This document shows, piece by piece, positions 38,442 to 46,521 of a DNA stretch of 64,000 nt; the stretch's first letter is position 1, and every line of letters begins with the position of its first letter. Source of the stretch: SAR86 cluster bacterium (lineage in GTDB: Bacteria > Pseudomonadota > Gammaproteobacteria > Magnimaribacterales > D2472). Made by a program: the position numbers and the translations under genes. Under the pieces are notes generated by a model that was not told the origin of the DNA, made no database searches, and saw only the letters and a list, made by a program, of their open reading frames with translations. Where the stretch lies: contig QOPC01000002.1 of NCBI GenBank assembly GCA_003331545.1, positions 14,518-78,517 of the forward strand, written 5' to 3'.

Positions 38442-41234
38442 ATGGATAAGAAGCCATATGATCCATCTGAAATAGAGAAAAAACTCTATCAAGAATGGGA
38501 GGAATCTGGTTTATTTAAACCCGATGACAGTCCAGATACATACTCTCTAGCTATACCTCCTCCAAATGTCACTGGCACCCTTCACATGGGCCATGGGTTT
38601 CAGAGCGCAATCATGGATTGTTTAATTCGATATCATCGGATGTCTGGTAAGAATACTTTGTGGCAAGTTGGAACTGATCATGCGGGTATCGCAACTGAGA
38701 TGGTTGTTGAGCGTCGTTTAAACGCTGAAGGCAAAACAAAAGAATCTCTTGGCAGACAAGCGTTTGAACAAAAAGTTTGGGATTGGAAGAAATATTCTGG
38801 TAATAAAATTACCGCCCAGCTAAGACGCTTGGGATCAAGTCTTGATTGGAGTTCTGAAAGATTTACATTAGATGATGATTACCAGAATGCTGTTATTAGT
38901 GCATTTATACAATTATTTGATGAGGGCCTCATTTATCAGGGCAAGCGACTGGTAAATTGGGATCCTGTTCTTGAAACATCTTTATCAGATTTAGAAGTTA
39001 TTAATAAAGATCAGGTAATTAAAATCTGGGAAATAAAATATCAACTCGAGGATTCAGGAGAATTTGTTACTGTTGCAACTACAAGACCTGAAACTCTTCT
39101 AGGAGATATGGCTTTGGCAGTTAATCCTAATGATCAAAGATTTATTCATCTTATTGGAAAGAATGCATCCATACCCTTATGCAACAGAATGATACCGATA
39201 GTTGCAGATGATTACGTAGATCCAGAGTTTGGAACAGGAGTTGTTAAGATTACTCCTGGGCATGACTTTAACGATTATGAGTTAGGTAAAAGACATGGTC
39301 TTCATATGGATAAGAATTCGCTTTGTCATGTAGGCGATGAGGATGCATTTGCACCTATATCAATACTTAATAAAAAAGTCGAGATCGTTGGCATAGCACC
39401 CAAAAAATTCCATGGAATGGATAGGTTTGATGCTCGTAAATTACTTTTAGAGGATTTGCAAAAAGAAAAACTTTTAATCTCTGAGGATAAATACGAGAGC
39501 AATCTGCCCTATGGAGATAGATCTGATCAAATTCTTGAACCGCTCCTCACAGATCAATGGTACGTGGATGCAAAAACCCTTGCGAAGCCTGCCATTGAGG
39601 CTGTGAAATCTAAAGAAATACAATTTGTGCCTAATAATTGGGAAAAAACTTATTTTCAATGGATGGATAACATCCAAGATTGGTGCATCAGCAGACAACT
39701 ATGGTGGGGGCACAGAATTCCAATTTGGTATGATGAGTCTAATCAACCTTATGCAGGGTTTTCTGAAAAAGACGTTAGGGAAAAGAATGATTTGCAAGGT
39801 AGCCTGCGTCAAGAAGAAGATGTTTTAGATACTTGGTTTTCGTCTAGTTTATGGACATTCGCTACCATGGGATGGCCGGATAAAAACGAGAAATTAAATC
39901 TCTTTCACCCGACAACCACTCTTGTAACAGGTTTTGACATTATCTTTTTTTGGGTTGCAAGAATGATTATGATGACCAAGCACTTAATGAAGGAGATTCC
40001 ATTCAATGAAGTCTATATTACCGGTCTTATAAAAGATGAAAATGGTCAAAAAATGTCCAAGTCAAAAGGAAACATTATTGATCCAATCGATCTAATTGAC
40101 GGGATTTCATTAGATGATCTGCTTCTTAAAAGAACAGAGGGACTGATGCAGCCTCAACTAAAAGACAAGATTATTAAACAAACAAGAAAACAATTCCCAG
40201 ATGGCATAGAAAGTTATGGCACTGATGCATTGAGATACACTTATTACTCTTTAGCCTCTCCTGGTCGAGATATTAACTTTGATATTGGAAGAATTAAAGG
40301 TTACAGAAACTTTTGTAATAAACTTTGGAATGCCTTTCGGTTTATCGAAATGCAAGCAATAAATCATGATTATCAAACTCAAGATAATACTTCTGACCTC
40401 CTTTCCGAGTGGATGGGAGCAAAATTAAAACAAACTTCAGATAGTTGCCAAGCACACATTAAAAATTATAGATTTGATCTTGCTTCAGCTGAAATATATG
40501 AATTAGTCTGGTCAAATTTCTGCGATTGGTATTTAGAATTTAACAAAGTGGCTATCCAAAAATCTGAAAATAAAACTCAAATCAATGAATTGATATCAAA
40601 TTTAATAGTAAATTTCTCTAATATTTTAGAGTTGCTGCATCCATTCATGCCGTTTATCACAGAAGAACTTTCAACTAAGTTAGCTTTATTATGCAAAAAG
40701 GAAAAGTCTGAATTTTTACTGCAATCAGGTTTTACAGATATTGGCTCAATAAATGAAAAATCAATGCATCAGTTAAATTATATTATTGATATTGTTACTG
40801 CGATTAGGGTAATTAGAGCAGAAAACCCCGGCATTAAAAACGAGGTCCTGCATCTTATAATTTCAACCGATATGAGTGCTGAAATGCAATCGTTAGTAGC
40901 AGAGCAAGAAAACATAATTTCAGGCATAGCAAGACTTGATGGGATTGAATTTGGTAATGAAGCACCAACTGAATCAATCGAAAAAACATTGGACGGATAC
41001 AAAATTATCATTCCATTAGAAGGTTTAATTAATCCTGAGGAGGAGCGTATTAGACTTCAAAAAGAACTCTCGAAATTAGAAAATGAGATAAAAAGAATAA
41101 GCTCTAAACTTGATAATGAGCAATTTATTGCTAAAGCGCCGGCTGAGGTAATTCAAAAGGAAAAAGAGAAAATTGAAGATGCTAAAAATAAGAAAAAAAT
41201 GTTAGAAAAGAGCATTCTCAATCTTGAGATTTAG
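38442..41234 (+). CDS. valS: Valine--tRNA ligase
   Basis: 930 aa. HIGH-type PPNVTGTLHMGH, KMSKS (QKMSKSKGN), and a C-terminal coiled coil. Confidence 0.98.
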   Translation: MDKKPYDPSEIEKKLYQEWEESGLFKPDDSPDTYSLAIPPPNVTGTLHMGHGFQSAIMDCLIRYHRMSGKNTLWQVGTDHAGIATEMVVERRLNAEGKTKESLGRQAFEQKVWDWKKYSGNKITAQLRRLGSSLDWSSERFTLDDDYQNAVISAFIQLFDEGLIYQGKRLVNWDPVLETSLSDLEVINKDQVIKIWEIKYQLEDSGEFVTVATTRPETLLGDMALAVNPNDQRFIHLIGKNASIPLCNRMIPIVADDYVDPEFGTGVVKITPGHDFNDYELGKRHGLHMDKNSLCHVGDEDAFAPISILNKKVEIVGIAPKKFHGMDRFDARKLLLEDLQKEKLLISEDKYESNLPYGDRSDQILEPLLTDQWYVDAKTLAKPAIEAVKSKEIQFVPNNWEKTYFQWMDNIQDWCISRQLWWGHRIPIWYDESNQPYAGFSEKDVREKNDLQGSLRQEEDVLDTWFSSSLWTFATMGWPDKNEKLNLFHPTTTLVTGFDIIFFWVARMIMMTKHLMKEIPFNEVYITGLIKDENGQKMSKSKGNIIDPIDLIDGISLDDLLLKRTEGLMQPQLKDKIIKQTRKQFPDGIESYGTDALRYTYYSLASPGRDINFDIGRIKGYRNFCNKLWNAFRFIEMQAINHDYQTQDNTSDLLSEWMGAKLKQTSDSCQAHIKNYRFDLASAEIYELVWSNFCDWYLEFNKVAIQKSENKTQINELISNLIVNFSNILELLHPFMPFITEELSTKLALLCKKEKSEFLLQSGFTDIGSINEKSMHQLNYIIDIVTAIRVIRAENPGIKNEVLHLIISTDMSAEMQSLVAEQENIISGIARLDGIEFGNEAPTESIEKTLDGYKIIIPLEGLINPEEERIRLQKELSKLENEIKRISSKLDNEQFIAKAPAEVIQKEKEKIEDAKNKKKMLEKSILNLEI

Positions 41235-42192
41235 TTTCTTGGCTTAAAAAATTTATAATAGGCAATGCGACCTTTGAGGGGTTTGCATAAGCTATGTCAT
41301 GTTTACCCTGATCAATTACCTCTAAGCTTGCATGAGGTAAACTCTGCATTAGTTTTTTGCTGCCAACAAAAGGAACTACTCCGTCATCAGTTCCCCATAT
41401 AGCTATTGTGGGAATTTTTTGCCTACCAAGATCTTCAAACATTTCCATGGCATCAAACAAATCAAAGTTTCGAACAGTAGATAACAATGCTTCGATAAAC
41501 CCCCTGTATTCCATCTGTATACTAAATTTTGTGACGAAATTTGATCCTGAAAAATCTACCCTACCATCAATATTTGTAGATTCATTTTGCACTTCATTTA
41601 AATAAAGACTTTTACCAAATAATTGCCAAAACCAATCTGCAGCAATTGGCATTACTGCCAGTCCATCAATTGAATTCTCTTTCATAAAACCAGCTGGCGC
41701 AATCAAAGAGATGCTTTTTACTGAGTGAGGATATTGCAAAGAAAAGTAGCCCACGACTGGTCCGCCCATAGAGTATCCAACGAGGTTTATTGGTTGAGAA
41801 ATATCGAGGTGATCAAGCAGCCCTTTTAAGGACTCTACATATAAATTTTGATCATATGTTACTGAAGGACGCTCAGAAAAACCTCTGCCAAAGTGATCGT
41901 AAACAAGAAGAGTGTATCCTGCGTTTGTAAAAAATTCTTTCATCTCGTCCCAGACAAAATGAGGAGTTGAGAACCCATGAACCAAAACAATAATTTCATC
42001 ATTAGAAGCTTCTTCATCAGGGTAATGCCATCGATAAAATAAGTTTCCCATTTCCAAGGGAGCCCATGCACCTTCAGAAGGAATATCATCTTGCATTAAT
42101 GTCTTTAAGCTATTTATTTTTATGAAGTAAGGTATGCCCAAAACTAAAATAAAAATTAATATTCCTATAATTATTTTCTTAGCAAACTTCAT
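41218..42192 (-). CDS. Membrane-anchored alpha/beta-fold hydrolase
   Basis: 324 aa. N-terminal TM helix (IIIGILIFILVLGIPYFI), oxyanion HGFSTP, nucleophile elbow GYSMGG, and C-terminal GKHD (His). The 3' end overlaps valS by 17 nt, convergently. Confidence 0.8.
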   Translation of the reverse strand: MKFAKKIIIGILIFILVLGIPYFIKINSLKTLMQDDIPSEGAWAPLEMGNLFYRWHYPDEEASNDEIIVLVHGFSTPHFVWDEMKEFFTNAGYTLLVYDHFGRGFSERPSVTYDQNLYVESLKGLLDHLDISQPINLVGYSMGGPVVGYFSLQYPHSVKSISLIAPAGFMKENSIDGLAVMPIAADWFWQLFGKSLYLNEVQNESTNIDGRVDFSGSNFVTKFSIQMEYRGFIEALLSTVRNFDLFDAMEMFEDLGRQKIPTIAIWGTDDGVVPFVGSKKLMQSLPHASLEVIDQGKHDIAYANPSKVALPIINFLSQETKSQD

Positions 42193-42236
42193 AATGCAAA
42201 TAAAAAAGCTTCTTAAAAATATCCATTAAGATAAAA

Positions 42237-43061
42237 CTAGCTTGCTGTATGTTTTTTAAAAGTATCTCCAGTAATTTTTAGCACTCTTGCTCTGGATAAA
42301 ATTCTTGGTAAAAATGCAAACTTTGAGTTTCCTTTTCCAGGAACAACGTAATGCTTGTTTTGCAAAAAAGCTTCTAAAGTTTCTTTGGAAACTCTATCGC
42401 AAGAGTCGCCGACATGACCTTCATCTTTCATTTTACTAATTCTTTTTTTTAATCTTTCAGATGACTTTTCAGATGCGATGTTTCTAAAATTTGAGTCTGT
42501 TGCTCCAGGACAAGAGGCCATGATCCGAATGTTTCTATCTGCGTATTCATAGCGAAGTGCCTCAGAGAACATCAGAACATAAGCTTTAGTAGATGAATAA
42601 ACACTTGCATATGGAACAGGCAAAAATGATGCTGATGAGCCAATATTGATGACTCCGCCCTCTCCTTTATTAGCCATTGCCGGCATAAATAAATGACATA
42701 GATCTGTAAGAGATGTAATATTTAATTGAATCATGTCCGCATAATCGTCTTTGGTAAAATCTTCAAATTTGCCCCATCTTCCGTAACCAGCATTATTTAT
42801 TAAAAGATCAACACTCAGATCAGCTTCTGCAATCTGATAATGTAATTTCTTAGCTGAACCTGGTTGAGCCAAATCTTCGGGATACACATAAGCTTTTCCA
42901 CCTTTTGCTTTAATTTGACTTGCTAAGACTTCTAATTGACTAAGAGATCGTGCAGTTAAAATTACTTCAGCACCACGATCAGCCAAATCATAAGCCATAG
43001 CTTTACCGATTCCACTTGATGCACCAGTAATAAGTGCAATCTTATTTTCATATGTATTCAT
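42237..43061 (-). CDS. Short-chain dehydrogenase/reductase (classical SDR)
   Basis: 274 aa. TGASSGIGKA, NNAG, and the catalytic YSSTK (YxxxK). Confidence 0.88.
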   Translation of the reverse strand: MNTYENKIALITGASSGIGKAMAYDLADRGAEVILTARSLSQLEVLASQIKAKGGKAYVYPEDLAQPGSAKKLHYQIAEADLSVDLLINNAGYGRWGKFEDFTKDDYADMIQLNITSLTDLCHLFMPAMANKGEGGVINIGSSASFLPVPYASVYSSTKAYVLMFSEALRYEYADRNIRIMASCPGATDSNFRNIASEKSSERLKKRISKMKDEGHVGDSCDRVSKETLEAFLQNKHYVVPGKGNSKFAFLPRILSRARVLKITGDTFKKHTAS

Positions 43062-43091
43062 GAGAAATCTCCATTTAAAAGCTTTTTGAAT

Positions 43092-45065
43092 CTATTTAAA
43101 CCATATAGGCGAGGACCAGACCCTTTCTTGGATTGTAGCAGGTATGTCCGATCTGGGTTTTTGACCATTTCTCACTGAATCCCACGTAGACCATCTACAA
43201 ACTGGATTCTCAAGAACTCTAGAATAATAAAATGCGCCTTGATTTTTTATAAACTCAGGATCTTGCCAAAAAACTTTCATTTCTCTCGCTCCAGAATCTG
43301 CACTAATCGAGCAATTACTTAAATCAACCCAAGCGTTATTATCGGGACAACGGTAAGTCTCAGGATCAACGCTCAGCCCGTCAGAACAAGCTATATCAAA
43401 AACCTTTTCTTTATGCTCTCCATCCTCTAACCACCCTTTGATAATTTGGGTTCTTTGCAATGGAGCTCCAACAGGATCAGCAATTGCCCATACTAAAAAT
43501 GTTGGATTTTTATTTGCTGAAATATTTAATGTTCCCCCCATTGGGATGCTGCTTCTATATGCATCTTGGATCAGTGAAAGATCATCTAATTTTGAATTCT
43601 CTAAATCATAACCAGCAAAAAATCTTACCTTCATTCTAGGGCCGCTGGTTGCAAATGTTTCCTTACGTTTAAGGGCATCATAGATAGCCTCACGAGTATT
43701 TTCTTCTGCCCAAACTCCAGCAAGACCAGAGGCAGCAAATTGAATCAGTCTGTCACTAGCAGAAAAATAGGTTTTTCCATCTACCTCCTTCAACATATTT
43801 GGCCTCAAAACTTTTAAGAAAGTTCCATAAAATCTGTTAAAGGGAATGGAGCCTCTTAGCTCAGCTGTGCCATCTAAAAGACCAACTTTAGAAAAGAAGA
43901 ATTCTTCACTATCTGAAGGTCCGCCAACATGAGAATCGCTTGATCCTATTAAACCAAATTTAAACGGATTGGTTAGACCTCTTTCAGCAAGGGTGAGACC
44001 TCTAAGATATGCATCTCTTACATAGCCTCCCTTTAAATTGCTTACAAGCTTTTCCGCCTCCACTCCAGTTTTAGCCTCAAAAGCTGCCCACTCATCATTT
44101 TTAGAAATCAGCGGATGAGTTTCTGATGTGCCTTTTACCTGGGTAATTTCAACTAATGGCTCATTAAGAGAGCGATTTTTAGCATACTCTTCATCAATCG
44201 GCCCACCGTTATAATCATTAAGAGAAAATGAAGCTCCCCCGGAATAATTTGTATTGTGCGGAATAGCTAGACTCTCAACTCCATTTGATCTTAATTTATT
44301 CATCCAATTCCATAATTCTTCAGGATCTTGGCTGTCATTTCTGGTGAAGAGTTGAGCAGGCAGGTTTTTTGTATCCTTAAATATGACATTACGATGCAAA
44401 TAATTATTGTAAAGATCTAAGCTGGGCGTATATTCATATGCAGCAAAACTGGTAAAACTACCAGGGACGTAAGCATCATCTGCTGCTTTAATGGTTTTCT
44501 GCCAGACCGTTCTGCCAACCTCTAATATCAAAGATCCATCAATACTGCCATCTGCAAGCCCTTCTCTAACATTTTCACCAAAGGGTCTAAATAGACCATT
44601 TCTTTTAATAAGAGAAAAAAATCCGGTGCCTCCTGACTCATTGAGATTATGCAGAGGCTTAGTAAATTCATACTTTGAAAACTCAGAAGTCGTATCCGCA
44701 GCCTCCTTCATCAATCCCATAAAGATGCCATGATCTGTTACTGCATAGAAATCTAAAGGTTTACTTAACTGAATCAGGTACCCGCTTGGATGCTGTATTG
44801 CATGACCTTGAGCATACTTGTATGCATCAGCAGGAGTGCTAATTGTGCCAAAAGTATAAGCATCAAATGAATTTTCTGTATGAACATGCAAATCACCAAA
44901 ATATGCATTTTTGTCTGGATTGGGAAGTGGTCTAGGTTGAGGTTGTACCTCTATTAAAGGTTTATCGTGCAAAGATACTGCAAGATTTTTTGAGTTATTC
45001 ACATCGGTGCATGATGCGATAATTAACATCAAGACTAATAACAAAATATTATTCATCTTCATCAC
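43092..45065 (-). CDS. Exported lipoprotein, DUF3604-type (PHP-like putative metallohydrolase), paralogue 1
   Basis: 657 aa. Lipobox LIIASC. A His/Asp ladder: GDLHVHTENSFDAY, DFYAVTDHG, YLHRNVIF, IPHNTN, QVKGTSETHP, GLIGSSDSH. A 4-Cys C-terminal module ends in SSPIWF. The layout matches what I recall for DUF3604. Needs HMM confirmation. Confidence 0.7.
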   Translation of the reverse strand: MMKMNNILLLVLMLIIASCTDVNNSKNLAVSLHDKPLIEVQPQPRPLPNPDKNAYFGDLHVHTENSFDAYTFGTISTPADAYKYAQGHAIQHPSGYLIQLSKPLDFYAVTDHGIFMGLMKEAADTTSEFSKYEFTKPLHNLNESGGTGFFSLIKRNGLFRPFGENVREGLADGSIDGSLILEVGRTVWQKTIKAADDAYVPGSFTSFAAYEYTPSLDLYNNYLHRNVIFKDTKNLPAQLFTRNDSQDPEELWNWMNKLRSNGVESLAIPHNTNYSGGASFSLNDYNGGPIDEEYAKNRSLNEPLVEITQVKGTSETHPLISKNDEWAAFEAKTGVEAEKLVSNLKGGYVRDAYLRGLTLAERGLTNPFKFGLIGSSDSHVGGPSDSEEFFFSKVGLLDGTAELRGSIPFNRFYGTFLKVLRPNMLKEVDGKTYFSASDRLIQFAASGLAGVWAEENTREAIYDALKRKETFATSGPRMKVRFFAGYDLENSKLDDLSLIQDAYRSSIPMGGTLNISANKNPTFLVWAIADPVGAPLQRTQIIKGWLEDGEHKEKVFDIACSDGLSVDPETYRCPDNNAWVDLSNCSISADSGAREMKVFWQDPEFIKNQGAFYYSRVLENPVCRWSTWDSVRNGQKPRSDIPATIQERVWSSPIWFK

Positions 45066-46411
45066 TCATTGCCTAAACGTTTAAATATTTCTTCTTTTAT
45101 GAGCCACATTCTATCCTGTCCCCAAACGTAAAAAGGATTGCCTCCATCTTGGTCAGTAATCTTAAAACTTGGCACTCCCCAACAATTTCCAGCATACATA
45201 TCTTCAACATTATCATTAAGAATTTTTTTCCAATGCTTGGTATTTAAATCTTTCTTAACTATCTGCCAATCAAGTCCAAGATCACCTATCAAGTTTTCTA
45301 AAAAAACTTCATCGCCAATATTAATTCCATCCTGAAATGATGCTTTTAATAATGCCTCTATGTATTCAAAACCTTTGCCTGCCTCATCGATAACCGGAAA
45401 CAATGAATAGGATTTTCTGGCCGGCTTTCCAATTGGTGAAAAAATAGACTGCATTTCATGGCCATGCCTTCTTCCCTCTCTAGCAGCATCTGAAATGATA
45501 TATTTTGCTTTAAAAGTTGGAATAGTCATCATGCGCATAAGCATTGGCAATACTGGTTTTGTAATAAGGTTTACTGGGTAATCCTCACGAATTTGTCTAA
45601 CCCTTTTAGTGCTTACAAAAGTATATGGGCTATTCAAAGAAGGATAGTAATATAAATTTATCTTAGTATCTGAAGTTAATTGATCTGGGGCTTGTAACTC
45701 TAAAGGGCAAATTTTTTGGCATTCTTTAGACTTTTTTGCACCTAAATCAGAAAGTCGTTCCTCTAAATGAGGTAAGCGATCTACACCCCAGTAAAGTTCC
45801 TTTTCATAATAAAATGCAGATCCAAAATAGTAACCTTTTGCATCTCTTATCTCATTTCCCTGAATTAATTTCTCCCTAACCTGTTTCTTGGTTGAGAAAA
45901 AAGATGATGACAACTCATCAAGAGCATCAGCATCATCTTCCCACAAAGCAGCACTAACCGAGCTCGCAATCTTGGCAAAATCTTCTTCCTTTACTGATGA
46001 AAGGATTGAATTGGCTTTATCTATCAATTTTTTTTCAGGATACTCCTGAGCATTAAAATTTACACCATAAAAAGGTGCTATGCGTTGCACATCTCGCAAA
46101 CAATAAATATTGTATAGAGAGGGTTCATGGATCGCGTCAAGGTTCTCTTCTCCAACAAGAATTGGTTTTAGAATAATATCAAAAGAGGATTGGAATTTTG
46201 CAATGCATTGAACCGTTAGGTGTGAATATGGATCATCAACTTTGTGGAAATACAAAACCTCATGGGGTCTCTGCTCTTTTTGTCTTAAGGTTTCAGAATT
46301 GACTCGAATATCACTGAAAATTTTATAATTAGAAAATGAGTTCATAACCTTATTTCTTGCTTTGGCGCTTATCGTTCGCCTTGTCATAAAATTTCTAAAA
46401 GCTTGAATCAT
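45062..46411 (-). CDS. Tandem DsbA-like / 2-hydroxychromene-2-carboxylate isomerase-family protein (two thioredoxin-fold domains, no CxxC)
   Basis: 449 aa. Two repeats of the family N-terminal strand-loop with S/D-P-Y replacing CxxC (LYFHKVDDPYSHL and LYYYPSLNSPYTFV). C-terminal GNCWGVPSFKI resembles the family GVPTF motif. No signal peptide. ATGA overlap with the downstream gene. Confidence 0.62.
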   Translation of the reverse strand: MIQAFRNFMTRRTISAKARNKVMNSFSNYKIFSDIRVNSETLRQKEQRPHEVLYFHKVDDPYSHLTVQCIAKFQSSFDIILKPILVGEENLDAIHEPSLYNIYCLRDVQRIAPFYGVNFNAQEYPEKKLIDKANSILSSVKEEDFAKIASSVSAALWEDDADALDELSSSFFSTKKQVREKLIQGNEIRDAKGYYFGSAFYYEKELYWGVDRLPHLEERLSDLGAKKSKECQKICPLELQAPDQLTSDTKINLYYYPSLNSPYTFVSTKRVRQIREDYPVNLITKPVLPMLMRMMTIPTFKAKYIISDAAREGRRHGHEMQSIFSPIGKPARKSYSLFPVIDEAGKGFEYIEALLKASFQDGINIGDEVFLENLIGDLGLDWQIVKKDLNTKHWKKILNDNVEDMYAGNCWGVPSFKITDQDGGNPFYVWGQDRMWLIKEEIFKRLGNE

Positions 46412-46468
46412 TTTAAAATTTAGTTTTGCCCTTTTTCAGCATAGTATATGCAAAGTTTCATTTGTAGT

Positions 46469-46487
46469 CTTACTTAAATAAAGTAAG
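46469..46487. promoter_or_regulatory. Inverted repeat (candidate operator) in the divergent control region
   Basis: CTTACTT-aaata-AAGTAAG, with 7-bp perfect arms, lies 34 nt upstream of the 46522 start codon. A second short palindrome, GCATA-gta-TATGC, is at 46439..46451. Confidence 0.3.
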
Positions 46488-46521
46488 TTAAAATAGACTG
46501 AAACATTTAAAGGGCGGGAAA

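Noticed and set aside
46412-46521. Metal (NiCo) or cobalamin riboswitch upstream of the DUF3604/HupE-type unit.
   Set aside because: The spacer is only 110 nt, is shared by two divergent promoters, is AT-rich, and lacks the GC-rich helices or conserved cores of those riboswitches.
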